Source: Haliotis rubra (Eukaryota). Taken from it: DNA of 64,000 nt. The position numbers and the translations under genes are program-made. The notes beneath the pieces were generated by a model. The model worked only from the letters and a program-made list of their open reading frames with translations. It made no database searches and was not told where the DNA came from. Where the stretch lies: NCBI RefSeq assembly GCF_003918875.1, contig NW_025767612.1:2294001-2358000 (forward strand), in the 5' to 3' direction. This document shows, piece by piece, positions 26,626-39,730 of the stretch; position 1 is the first letter of the stretch; each line of letters opens with the position of its first letter.

Positions 26626-27676
26626 AATGTTAACTGGAAGGCAGCTGGATGTATTATATGATACTGCGAGTTTAATGTTTCTCTCAGCGTTAGTGTGTAA
26701 AATGAGTGAGTATGGTTTTAGCAATATTACAACACCATCAGCGCATGGGATACTTCACGCATTGTGACCGTGGAGGGAATCGAACCCGGGATTTCAGTGT
26801 TACAGCAAACGAGTAAACTACTAGACAACCTCAACACCACAATTAAGCTCAGTTTGTAATCTTCAGGTACCTTTCGAAGTTGTAAAGGTTAGCATTATCC
26901 GACACACGGTTAACTATTCAAATATATTATATAACAAACTTTATTAGAGTGTTTATTTTGTTGTGGCTACATATATGTTTTGATAGTATTTTATATTTCT
27001 ATTGTATTAACTGTATAGTTTAAAGTTTAATTTTTTATAATGATTCACGTTTTTCATTTAAAGCTATACATAGGTAAACTTGTCAGCTTCGTGACAGACT
27101 AATGCTTAATCTATGAATATATATAGTTCTGATAGAAACAAATTATTCCATTTAAATTGAAAAGGCGCCCAATGAAATGGGAGATTCACAGGAAATCTAG
27201 ACTTGCTTCATTTAGAACTTTAGCATTGCAGGGAGGGCTCGTCAGAAGGGAGATACATGTGGTTAGGGACTGTGAGACTGACTAGCTTCGTAACAAATAA
27301 GGAAGTTAAACCGGGAACCATATAATAGATTATATGGTCTCTGGTTAAACATAATGACTCTGAAAGAGTGAAATTGATAACACTTTGGAGCACGAGTGAG
27401 AGAAAATGAGTTCCATTAGACATTAAACATTCATGACCAAAGGCCTCATAACGAGACAGTGAACAAAGCCGTACGAGACACTAGCCATCCTAAAGTAGAC
27501 CAACAATAAATAACCTTTATCAGCAAAGGCTATTATTGCACGCAGGTCAAGGTTCAGCATCTCGTGTGTCAAGTCAACAAACAACACCGTTCACAAGTAA
27601 CATCGTCCGTCAACTCTTCACTATACTGAAGACAGGGCTCTCTTCACCCCCTTTGCTCGGGTCGAGACACGAAAAA

Positions 27677-30600
27677 ATGAAGTGGTACGTTTTTGTTGTG
27701 TTAACTATTGTTCTTCTCGACGTGTGTGTGGAAAGCCAGAGTCAAAGGAGAAAGAAGAAGAACAGGAAATACAATATAGTATCTGACAAAAGAAAATGGA
27801 CAGTGTTTCAATCGTATAACAGAAATGATGCCATTCCTACGATGCAACCGACTCCTAGCGCGAACACCAGCATTGGGGGTGGGACCCCCTTCAACGTGGG
27901 GGGTATCTTCCCACATCTGACCCTAACCGCCGACAGCGAGGGTCCCCGGTCTGAATGTGGGACCGGAGCGTTGATGCCGTGGGCGGACAAGCTCTACGTC
28001 GTCTCATATCTCTCCGTCCCTGACGGCGGCAACGGGGACGGGACTCTACTCCATCGACAGCGACTTTAAGGTCAGTGAGTGTACTAGTCTGACATACAGA
28101 CCCTGAAACAGATATACCAAATACAGTTCACGAAAGTCTATAATATGTGGCGAGACTGGGATCCCTTTATTATATACTCATGCCAATAATGGTTGTCACC
28201 CCCTTCATTTTTTTTAATTGGAGAGGGTGTGTGGGGTGGGGTGTGTGTTGGGTTGGGGTGGGGAGGGGGTTGACAACCATTATTGGCATGAGTATATGTT
28301 ATGTACATGTATATAAGTATATAATTTAGAATTTCTTTTTCTGTAAATATGTCAATTCAGAAATTAGATGTTAGTCTGTGCGTGTATTTGGCACACTGTG
28401 GTTATCATAAACCTGGTATCTAAATATCTAAATTAGGATATTAGCTGTGTTCCTCAAAATAAGAAATAAGTTGACGGCAACTCAGTCTGTCCTTCGGGGC
28501 GGTGGGGGGGTAGTCTAGTGGTTAATGTTTTCGCTCGTCACGCCGAAGGCCCGGGTTCGATTCCCTACATGGGTACAATGTGTGAAGCCCATTCATGGTG
28601 TCCCTCGCTGTGATATTGCTGGAATGTTGCTAAAACGGCGTAAAACCATACTCACTCGCTCACTCCATGCTCTCAGGAACAGGGTACTACAGGTGTATAC
28701 CCCGAAGGCAAAGTTCCTTGTGTTGTGTTGCTGTGCGGTGCGGTGCGGTGCGGTGCGGTACGGTGCGGTGCGGTGTGTGGAGATGACAGTGACTGGTGAA
28801 GTTTAATGGGAGGTTCAGGGATCCTGGGTTGTCATTACACAGCAGAGCACTAAAAATGAGCCTGTCCCATCTGAAACTGTCCATCCTATAATATCTAGAT
28901 AAGGACAAACTTTATGGATGAACAACGTCTTTATTCAGGTGATGCGACGTTTCGATACAGATTCTTGTCAAGATTATAATTTAGGAACCGCGTTTTTTTT
29001 TGTAAATAAACTCTGTCAAAAAAGAAACGCAACCCCTGTATTTTAGAGATTTTGATCTGAAGTTTTAGGACGACACGGCATTTTTATTATTTAAGACAGA
29101 AGTCTGAAATTTGGCAGAATAATAACCCAGATGGGCATGTTTAAAATTGTCATTTCAAAAGTCATCTCACAGACACCAGTTTGTCACCAGGGGGGGCGTC
29201 TTTCTCAGTATCTCGTATGAGCACCACGCGCTGCAATCACTGCACGGCATCTCCTTGGACAAGAACGGATAAGACGCCGGATTCTTTCCTGGGGAATGGC
29301 TCTCCACTCCTCCTGCAGTGCAACGGCGAGCTGTTGCAGCGTCTGTGGCGGCGGCTGACGTTGACGTACGCGTCGATCCAGAGTATCCCACAGGTGTTCA
29401 ATAGGGTTGAGGTCTGGTGATTTAGAGGGTCATGGCAAGACATTGACGTTGGAATTCTGCAGAAAGTTCATTGTTGCACGTGCAGTATGAGGCCGGGCGT
29501 TGTCCCGTTGAAAAATCTGTGTCTGTTGGTCAATAATCGGGAGAAGGTGAAGCTCTAACACGTGGTTGATGTAACGTTGGGCTGTCAGGTTCCCTGGAAC
29601 GATCACCAAGTCTGATTTCTGGTTGTATGAGATGGTTCCCCAAACCATGACGCTTTCTCCGCCAAATCTGTCCACCTGTCGGACGCAGATGGGCGCAAAA
29701 CGTTTATGACGTCTCCTATACAGACGCTGTCTTCCGTCGTGACGTTGCAAAAGAAAACGTGATTCATCAGAAAACCAGATTCGCCTCCAGTTTTGTAAAG
29801 TCTGTATCCTTACGTTGTTGCACCACCTGAGTCGTCGGCGTCGATGTAGGGGGCGTAGTACAGGTCCAACAACTGGTCTACAGGCACGTAAACCCGCTTC
29901 TTTCAGACGGTTCCTAATCGTTTGAGCTGACACTCTCCTCAAACCTGGTATTTGTGTGGCAGTCACGGTTGGTAGGGCATGCCGATTACGCAGGTGATGG
30001 ACCCGGATGTACCGATCTTGAAGGGGGGTCGTGATTCTTGGCCTTCCACTTCTCGGGCGATCGTTGGTCAAATTGAAGTTGTTGTAGCGGCTCCAAAGTC
30101 GGGATATCGTTGTCTTTTTTGACAGAGTTTATGTTCATGTTAGTCTAACGACATCTATAAATGCTCTCCCTTATCCCTCCTTATTCTATTACGGAAGACG
30201 TTATGGGGAGTATGGGCTTACTTCGGGAGTGAATGAGCTACATGGAGTATACATTCTAACCCGGATTTTCAAGGGTTAATCAAATTTTACTAAGTAGGCA
30301 CCTTCCAAATGCCGACCGCCTCCGTGGTGTAGTGGTTAGTCCGCCCGGAGAGCGGAAGGTCGCGGGTTCGATCGCCGACCGGGTCATACCAAAAGACGTT
30401 AAAATATGGTACTTGTTGGTCCCTGCCTGGCGCTCGGCATTAATGGGTACAACAAGGACTGGTCGGCTCGGAGTCAGTATAATGTGTCTTAGTGGGGTAT
30501 TCATATGCTTCACTGCGGCATGGTATCTCAGTGGGTAGCACTATAAAACCAGCTCAAGTCTGGGCTAGTACAAGAAGCCGCACATACACATACACACGCA

Positions 30601-30713
30601 TGCACGTCGTCATATGAGCGAAATATTCTCAAGCACGACGTTAAACCCAATTTCACCTCACCTCACCATCCAAATGCCGATGAAAGAGTTATAATTACCT
30701 ACATTCACCCTAA

Positions 30714-30772
<59 letters not shown>

Positions 30773-33700
30773 ATATATTAAAAAAAACAATAACAACTAC
30801 AAAATTAATGTGAGCTTTCCACGAGAAAATTGCTCATATATTCCTGGGCTTCCATCACGTCACGTTTATGTAAGGATAAACTTATCATACAATGGTGTTG
30901 TTGATGTTGCAGCTAACCAAACTAGCGAACCATCGCTCGACGTATGCCAACCGTCTCCTGCACAAAGAATCCAATCAGATTGTCATCGGAGCCTGGTTGA
31001 TAGATGTCCATGGCAACGTGTCCACATTTCAAGACTTGTTGCATGTCCGAGTTGCAGCCACAGCAGAACACTTAACGGACCCCAAAAATCTGGTAAGGTG
31101 AAAAGTGGGTCTCGTCCTCGATTACCCAGCGTATTGTTATATCGCATGACAGACTGGATAACCGAGGGGGAAGGGAGCCTGAATCCCGTCTGCCTGTTGG
31201 CTATTTTTTGAGTCGTTGCACGTGGAGTCCATGCTTTTAATTTAAAGGGCCAAATCGTCCTTCAACTCATGACGCTGGTAACACAGAAATACAAATTAGA
31301 TAAAATTTCACACAAACCTGAAATAAGGTTCTTGAGAGGCATATAGAAGTTGGTATTCAAGTATAAAACAAAATATAATGGATGTCAACTGTATTGCATA
31401 CACAAGGTTTCTGGGCTTTTCCTTACCCATTCGTCAGGTGAATGAGCACAGATAGAATGTGTCTGACGCAGGGGCAAGGGATAGCCCAGAAACGTTATGC
31501 ATACAATACAGAAGAAGTTGACATCCATAATATTTTGTCTTATACACCTGAAATATTTGATAATTCCTCGGCCATAGTCAAATATTTTGTAATTGTACAT
31601 AGTGTTATTATCTATTACTTATTACGAATCTCTTTATTCATCGTCGGTTTCTGGAAGACAGGCCTTTATGGGATATGAGAGGGATGTTGCGTCACACATA
31701 CATCGTAAATTCTTGAATATTGGCTTCTGTTGAGGATAAAGTTATCTTTTATAAGTTCGTGAGATGTTCGTTTATGTGATTAGAAGGATACCTAAGAATG
31801 TCTGAAAACCCATAATACGAACATAGTTTATAGAATACCGTCACTGTTTCTACCTGAAACGTGCCCGCATACCGTATATATGTAGATTGGTGCTGTGTGG
31901 TCCTGTGCATAGAGCTCAGGTCACAGATCAGTTGAAGTTGAGCAAAGTTAAGCAAGAGTCCTTGGATGGGGGACCGTGTTTGGCAGCTTGACTCCTGAGA
32001 GTTTCTTGGACGTCAGTCCTGCCCCACAAGGAAACACATGTTATACATGTGGTCTCACCTGAGGCAAGTGAGTTTGTTCAAACTTGCCCATGTTCACCCA
32101 GCAGAACATAGGTACCCGGTAGGATAGGTTATGCGACTATTAACCTTCTTGGGGCTCACGGCAGCTTGGGTTATCCGGGGTAATACTAATCAGATTGTGT
32201 GTTAGCGCTTTGAGCATGTGCCTTGTACATGAAAAAGGCGCATTATATATTCACAATTATTATTTATTATTAGAATGTATGATATAATAACTCGTCAACA
32301 GGTGTACATGCTGGGCATGGATGGTCCGCTGTGGGAGTGTAACGTCTACAACTTGACCTGTGTCCAGCTATTTGACCTGGTTCAGACACTAGGGATTCCA
32401 GCCAATGAGGGCGAGCAGCCCCACTTCAAGGCCGCTCACACCATGAACGACAGACTCGTGGTGACGAGCAACACTTTCGAAGAGGCAGACTTTGAAGGGT
32501 TACAATACTTAAATATCTCTTGGAAATACATAGATGTACTTTGCTGCGCCAGCACCTTCTGTTGGCAGGATGACAGAACCATTCTTCGAGGTTTTTTTCT
32601 GTTTGCGAAGGGAAAGGGACCGGTGCAGGATCTTAATGTAGGGCAGAAATCTTAATTCCTCAAGTTCTGAGATGTCTCGTGGTACAAGATAGGATTGGTG
32701 ACATATGCTACTCACACTTTGCTAAGGATCACAAAAATCCCAAACTTTACTTAAATATAGATTTATAATTTGAAATTGTATATATTTAAAACTAGATAAA
32801 TAATGATATGGTAACCCCTCTATAGGCAAACAGCCACTTTAATCTAACCTTATACACTTGATACATGAGTAACCATCAAAATGTTTTTTATGGCACCAAT
32901 CAACCATTTTGCAAATCGTGGAACGAGTCACTGACAAGTACACAACACCTGTGAATAGCAGGTATGGGATCCACAAGATGCAGTGACATACTGAAACCTA
33001 GGATACATGCTTACAAAAAGTTTATATATTTTAAACCAAATTAGACCCCACATCATAGTTTTCTTTGAATCAATGGTTTGATCCTTAGCAAAGTGTGAAT
33101 AGTATATATAAAAGATCGGGAATGGGGGTGGTGGTGGTGTGGCTTTGTTTACAGGTAGTTACTACAGAAAACAGTGAGAAATCAAATAAGTTCGTGATCA
33201 TTACCACCCACCCCCTAACCATCCAAATTTTAAGAATAAACATATTTATCTGATCTGATATCACACTTTTGAACGGGTCACTAAAAACATGTCTCTGTAC
33301 AGCTAGTCTCTGAAATGAACATATTTTAAAGGGAAAAAAGTTTTTAAATTAAAATAGAATACAATCAAAAAGAGCCCAGATACTTTTTCATTTTCAGAAA
33401 TGTGTTAATCTACACTTTCCATGGGCTACATTGGGTATATTTGTTTCAGGGTCTGTATGACAGACTATGGTAGAGAGATAAATGATTGACTTTCAGGTCA
33501 TGGTAACCAACGGCTTTACAATGGGCCGCAAATGATGGTAACAATTTAATTGTAGCAATAGCTTGCTAAGTCTGCTATGGAAACCCTATGGAAGGACAGT
33601 TCTGGGTGATAAATCAATCTATCAGTTATTAGACACATTAGTGCCTTAGTTTCATACAGGGTATTAATTACGTCTATTCCTGGAAATGACGGTGGCGGAT

Positions 33701-36310
33701 GTCCTTCTTTCATTGTACTCAACTGTATCTAGCATTCAAGATGGCGGGCGTCTGGCAGAGTGGAAAGGCCCAGGAAGCAACTGGACAATCCTAGCGAAGA
33801 CGGCGTTCGTCGAGGTGGCTGGCAGAAGGAACTTCGGGAAGGTCATCTACGCTCTCGGCTGGGACTACCGTTCCGTCATCCTCAAGGTCTTTAATGGCGA
33901 CGACGTCGGTGAGGTCATAGCTGTTGCCTTTTAGCAATCATTCTGTTCAAATTAGACGTAATACGGTAGTGGCAGCGCTAAGACTGTTTGAAGAACGAAA
34001 CCCAGAATACAGGAAACGGATTCCTACTTCCGCATTTGAAGAGTACCATTATCGTGGACTAGCAAGGGTTTATAACATGTAACGCTTTGAGGGCGGTTCA
34101 TGCCAAATTTCGTATTGATATTGGCTACCAACTCTCATTATGTGAAACACTACTTAATTCACATTTATGCAAAACGGCATGATAAACCCCAATAAAATGA
34201 TCGACTAAATGATAGCGTTCATTGACAACTTTGTTCCGTATGCCACTATCTTTACGACCCATGTAAACAGTGAAATAGATGTATATAAAATAGTCTCCAA
34301 AGATGCCTATTTCATTATCAAGGGTATATTTCAATCCTGACAAGTCAAATGTTACATTTTTCTCAGCTTACAGAAACTGGCAGACCTATCGTCTACCAAA
34401 GGCTAGCCATGCATACGACCATCTGTGGCAGACGGAATGGCCCCGCATCAGAGAGGTCGAGACTGAACGCTACCTAATGGACATGCACGGAATGTTCTAT
34501 GAGTTGTCTCCCCTTGGTTGGGCCGGAAGCACGTGGGGTGTCCGACCAGTGTGTCAGCACTTGAGGATGATCCCCGACTACACGTCGTTCAGAGGGATGC
34601 TGGTCCTAGGTGGAAACCAGGTACGACCAGCGTCTTGAGTGAGTGAGTGAATGAATTTTAAGCCGCTTTTAGCAATATTTCAGCAATATCACGGTGGGGG
34701 ACACCATATATGGGCTTCACACATATTGTACCCATGTGGGGAATCGAACTCGGGTCCTCGGCGTGACGAGCGAACCAGTTGCGTGGATAGCCTATATAAA
34801 TATACTATAAATAAATAAATTTAGCCACTAGGTTACGTTGTATTATAGTTTGTGGGAACGTTGTATTTGACGTTGTGGGAAAGGTATAATACTGACTACA
34901 TTCATAGAATGACAATAGGTTGTATAAATAAAGGATGGAGAGCGGAGAATGAATTGTTCGATTTACGGTCGTGTCATTTCAAAGACATTATTGTATGGGC
35001 TTTATGTTACCGTGCCCGGCGTTCGACGTTAAAGGGATAATACGTCTCGCAGTCAGTATGCTGTGTCTGAGAGATATATCCATAGTAGAACTGTGGCATG
35101 GTATCTCAAACGGCAAAAGTAATTCATATAGCGGGGACCTCGACACCTGTGTTTCTGTTCTAGGTATCCTCCATCTTCGACAACAACGTGGTGACGGGGC
35201 AGGCCCAGTCTGGTCTATGGTTTGGGAAGACTGACGACCTGTGGGGGTTCGGCAAGCCGCAGGGGTGGGGCGCTGTGTGGAGGAGGGACAGGGTGGAGGC
35301 GAACACCGTCTCCGACCCCTACCTTATGACTGGTTTTGACAAGAAGGTGCTCTTCATAACGATCCTCAATTCTACGTCATCAAGTGTGACGTTTGACGTT
35401 GAGGTCGACATTACGGGCGCTGCAGGTACAGTTCAGATGGCTTTTGATGTTTGTATTGTTTTAATTATGAGTGAGTGAGTGAGTTAATATTTAACGTCAC
35501 ATCGGCAATATCTCAGCCATATCGTGACGAAGACAATTTATACAATACAAAAAGGAAAACATTGTGAAGAGTTAAACCTGTCAACGATGGACAGTAAAAA
35601 TCCTAGAGTATCACAGATATGAATATAAAACTAGAATGTAAATCTAAAACATTTTAATTGAAGAAGACAGTACAATATAAAACACGGGCTATAGATCGCC
35701 AACAACTGAAGGTAGATCACCATACTAGGGTCCATGGGGACTTACAGTGCCTTTGCTACCTGCATGGACCCTAGCTGGATTTACACCATCCCCTCAGCCG
35801 CTGGCGACTGCAGGAAGAGTTAGCCAAAATTTAAAATAACAAACATACTACGATTAAAAAGTATGGTTGAGCAAACTTGACTTTGAAAGTTTTTTGGGAC
35901 TTACGTACCCTCTCAGGAGTTTTAATTATGAAAATGCTACATTGGTATACATAATTCTATTTTTTACTTGATACCTAAATAAATTAACACACCAATTTGA
36001 TCGGCTTGGTGCTTTTGGGGTAGGATATCCATGTTTACGAGGCCATGGTACCTCATTTGGCAAGTACTACTAAACTGGCATTGGCACACACATACACACA
36101 CGCACATGCACACGCACACGCACACTGAGACTAGGTTTTCCTGCATTCTGTGTTTCAGCGCACATGGCGGGAGAAGAGTGGTTCCCCGTGGTGAGTCTGA
36201 CTGTGACGAAATCCGATTTTTTCGTGTTTCCCACTGGCTTCAGTGCCCACTGGGTGAGGCTGGTAGCTCACCAAGAAGCTGTGGTGACTGCCTACTTCCA
36301 CTACACCTAG
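27677..36310 (+). CDS. Secreted ~537-aa uncharacterised protein, 7 exons, bacterial-like sequence
   Basis: Exons 27677-28070 (one extra G in the run 28034-28037), 30913-31092, 32302-32498, 33733-33908, 34367-34620, 35164-35425 and 36159-36310, GT-AG and phase-consistent. Signal peptide MKWYVFVVLTIVLLDVCVES. Motifs SECGTGALMPWADKLY, YANRLLHKES, WQTYRLPKASHAYD, TEWPRIRE, GQAQSGLWFG, SDPYLMTGFDKK and GFSAHWVRL. Confidence 0.85.
28496..28666 (+). mobile_element. SINE family A copy
   Basis: A and B boxes plus the family tail. Confidence 0.8.
29009..30129 (-). mobile_element. Tc1 (DD34E) transposon, 5'-deleted and nonsense-inactivated, in intron 1 of the secreted-protein gene
   Basis: TIRs aactctgtcaaaaaaga and tcttttttgacagagtt with TA TSD. 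Transposase ~30110-29205 carries DRPRSGRPR, WFSDES, FQRDNA and P*PSKSPDLNPIEHLW (TGG>TGA at 29430-29432), with 34 residues between the second D and the E. Confidence 0.92.
30314..30667 (+). mobile_element. tRNA-derived SINE family C, full length
   Basis: A and B boxes, cagtgggtagcactataaaa core, (CACCT)n tail, and TSD tccaaatgccga. Confidence 0.85.
30713..30774. repeat. (TAAA)n microsatellite
   Basis: About 15 perfect units. Confidence 0.95.
31340..31560. mobile_element. Inverted pair of Penelope-like terminal fragments
   Basis: agcccagaaacgttatgcatacaata...gttgacatccataatattttgtc and its inverse at ~31345-31417. Another copy lies at ~53970-54052. Confidence 0.45.
31888..32272 (+). mobile_element. 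Degenerate SINE with 5S-like segment, Deu/Nin-like core and (TAT)n tail
   Basis: gatcagttgaagttgagcaa...agtccttggatgggggaccg (5S-like), gttcacccagcagaacataggtacccgg (Deu/Nin-like), and tail agcgctttgag...aaaggcgc...tattat. Confidence 0.5.
35471..35918 (-). mobile_element. ~450-bp non-LTR insertion with (ACTC)n tail
   Basis: TSD gttttaattatga on both sides. The tail is related to those of the other SINE families. Confidence 0.65.
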
Positions 36311-36494
36311 ACAAATCTTCTGTAGATATTCTTTTCTCTTCTTGTTTATAAGTTGTACAACCATGTTAACTTGGTTCGGTTGAAATAAATGTTTCAAAAA
36401 TGTGTGTCTCGTAGTTGTGTTTTCCTCTCTGCCAAGAACCTGTTTGTGTCAGTTATAATGATGACAAAAATACATAAGCTATTAAAGATTACTA

Positions 36495-36948
36495 AAATGC
36501 ACTCAGCAATATTCCAAGTATATGGTCTCAGTCTGTAAATAAACGAGCCTGGATCAGACAGTTCAGTGATCAATAGCATGAGCATCGATCTATGCAGTTG
36601 GGATACAGTGACGCGTGTCAGCCGATCCCGTTAGATGCCTCTTACAACAAGCATGGGTTGCTGAAGACCAATTCTAACCCGGATGTTCACGGGTTACTGA
36701 AATGAGTGAGTGTGTTTAGTTTTACGCCGCACTCAGCAATATTCCAGCTACAATGGCGGCGGTCTGTAAATAATCGATTCTGGACCAGAAAACCCAGTGA
36801 TCAACAGCATGAGCATCGATCTGCGCAATTGGGAACCGATGACGTGTCAACCAAGTCAGCGAGCCTGACCACCCGATCCCATTAGTCGCCTCTTACGACA
36901 AGCATAGGTTACTGAAGATCAATATTCTAACCCGGGCCTTCACGGGTC
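36495..36948 (-). mobile_element. Two tandem SINE-like family B copies
   Basis: Consensus matches at ~36495-36695 and ~36703-36948. Confidence 0.8.
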
Positions 36949-37324
36949 GTTACTTAAATGAAGAATGTTTAGTATTCGTACAGTAAGATGTCTTTATCAT
37001 TCTCAACTAGTTATATATCAAGAGAAGAGGAGCATTTTGAATGATTTTCAGAGGGGTGAGTGATGTCATTGGTAAAATGAACCTGAGAAAAGGAAACAGA
37101 AATGGAACAGACCTATAGTGTCTGGTTGCCATGCATGAAGCTTGCAGTTGTCCCCACAGTAAAAGCTTAACTTACCCATATGTAAGCATCTCTACATTTA
37201 CTGCTTGATCAACTTAGTCTACCGTCATATTCACACACTGTGGAGTATATATTGTTAAGGGTAGTGACTGACAACATTCACACACTGTGGACTGTATTTT
37301 CTGTCTGCCTGCAGTGAAGAGTTG

Positions 37325-37676
37325 GTGAGTGAGTGAGTTTATTTTTTACGCCGCACTCAGCAATATTTCAGCCATATGGCGGCGGTCTGTAAATAATCGA
37401 GTCTGGACCAGACAACCATGTGATAACAGCATGAGTAGCGATCTACGCAACTCGGATACGATGGCATGTGTCAACCATGTCAGCCTCCATCCCGTTGGTG
37501 GCTCAATCCCTGTTGGGGCGGTGGGGTAGCCTAGTGGCTAAAGCGTTGGCTCGTCACGCCGAGACCCGGGTTCGAATCCCCGCATGGGTACAATGTGTGA
37601 AGTCCATTGTTGGTGTCCCCCGCCGTGATGTTGCTGGAATATTGCTAAAAGTGTCGTAAAACCAAACTCAGTCAGT
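37325..37676. mobile_element. Family B fragment (-) followed by family A SINE (+)
   Basis: Consensus matches. The family A copy has TSD tcaatccctgtt. Confidence 0.75.
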
Positions 37677-37829
37677 AAGTCAATCCCTGTTAGGCTGCTT
37701 CATATAAAAATGGTCCCAGTTGTTACCCTGCCTGTCACTTGACATAAAGGGGATAACACTATGACCCACTGTCTAGTCCATATACTGCATCTGAGTGGGA
37801 TATGCCTGTGAAGCTGCCGTATGCACACG

Positions 37830-37860
<31 letters not shown>

Positions 37861-39498
37861 TGGAGGAAACAATGGTGAACTTTCAGCTTCATTGCTCCCC
37901 TGATTTCTGAGCTGATGGAGTGAGTTTAGTTCTACGCTCCTTTTAGCAATATTATGGCGGGGTACACCAAAAATGGGCTTCACACATTGTGCCCGTGTGG
38001 GAAACCTAACCCGGATTTTTGGCATGGCGAACGAATGCCTTAACCGCTAGGCCCCTGCCGGCCGATGGACAATCAGGCCATGAGAAAAGCCAACCTGGCT
38101 TTCATCTGGAGAGCTGTTAATCGACCACTAAATGCCTCTATTATCTAGACAATACACAGGTCCAAAACAATAGCGTCTACATGCCACCCTGTTGTGTTAA
38201 GCTGTTCAACTGGTGGAGGCGATAAATACGGAAGGCAATATTATCTACTGCATCAAGACTAAGGCTGTGTATTGGCAAATAAATTGTATTGCAGACTATT
38301 GCGATTCAGGTATCCGATACTGTGATATATTGGGAGCCTCAGTGTTTGACAGTGAATGACATGACAATGTACATGCAGAGCCTATTTTCTTCATATTGCC
38401 CTAAAAACAGAAATCTCGAAATTAGATTTGATTTTGAGGGATTGCATTTTCATTTAAAATAAATTATTTCATATAGAGTATGCTGTTTTGTCAACTAATT
38501 ACAATGGAAAACTTCAGTCTGAATAAAAGTCTGTAGATTTTAACGTAAACCATAGATATGATCACAAAACATACCCAATATACGGATTCTGAGAAATAAA
38601 ATTGCAATAAGTATCGTTTGAAAGGTATATTGCTACCAGTACACCATGCAGTCGTATTCAAGACTACACTCAAATAGAGCACAGAATAACTACATTATTT
38701 CAGTAATTTATTGTTTTCATGTCAAAGCCATTATGTTTTGACTAGCATACAAATACAATCATATCAGAGAAATTCTACACTAAACATGCCATTACTATCG
38801 ACAAATGCATAACAAATGACCAACAAGTATGAATTGTGTCTTCATTAATAAAATAGAATCATGATACAGCACATTTAGACGTTTACTCACAAAAAATCAC
38901 TAAATGCCATCTTATATCAGTAGAAGTCAAAATATCTTAAATGCACTTTCTTTGAAAATTTTACGGTGGAAAATAAAACATATCAATTACAACAATTTTG
39001 TGGACAACATCAAAAGTCAGTTTAAATATTATGTTTCTTATTGATAAATACAGACATCTGACTGTTAAGGTAAGTGCACCATGTGTTGATGGCTGATGGT
39101 ATGATTGAAAAAAATATTGCACAAGACTTAAGGTACTGTCCTCTTAGTCTTTCAATGTCCAGCCAATGACATCTAAAAATTTCAATACCACTGTGTTTGT
39201 TTGTTTGTTTAGAATGCATGCAGTGACATTCCAGCCAATATTATACATATGATATGTCCTTTCTCCTAAATGCACTGACCAATTTCCTGATCCATGAATT
39301 TCAGATTTGTGTTCAGCTTTCTGTCCCCAAAATATTTCCTGTCCATTCTAGAATGTTTAACTGTGATACTGGTAATTAAGCTGCCAAGTGCCCTCCTTAA
39401 ATAGAGCACTATTCAGTGTATTTGATTCACTGTACATCACATTCTAAGCTGTTCCAGAATAGTTCAGTATGCAGAGAAAGCATTACCGGTTCTGTATC

Positions 39499-39730
39499 CA
39501 TCTGCCATGTTTGTTTGGGGGTACTAATATAGAACATGTACAGTAGTACACTTGCAAAATACCAGATACCTATCTGCCATGTTTGTTTGAGGGTACTAAT
39601 ATAGAACAGGTACAGTAGTACACTTGCAAAATATAGAACATCTGCCATGTTTGTTTGAGGGTACTACACTAGTACACTTGCAAAATACTAGATACCTATC
39701 TGCCATGTTTGTTTGGGGGTACTAATACAG
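39499..39730. repeat. ~70-bp minisatellite, about 3.5 copies
   Basis: atctgccatgtttgtttg(g/a)gggtactaatatagaac...gtacacttgcaaaata units. Confidence 0.85.

Noticed and set aside
29430-29432. In-frame TGA as selenocysteine or readthrough
   Set aside because: It replaces the conserved Trp of WPxxSPDLNPIE (TGG>TGA), an ordinary nonsense mutation.
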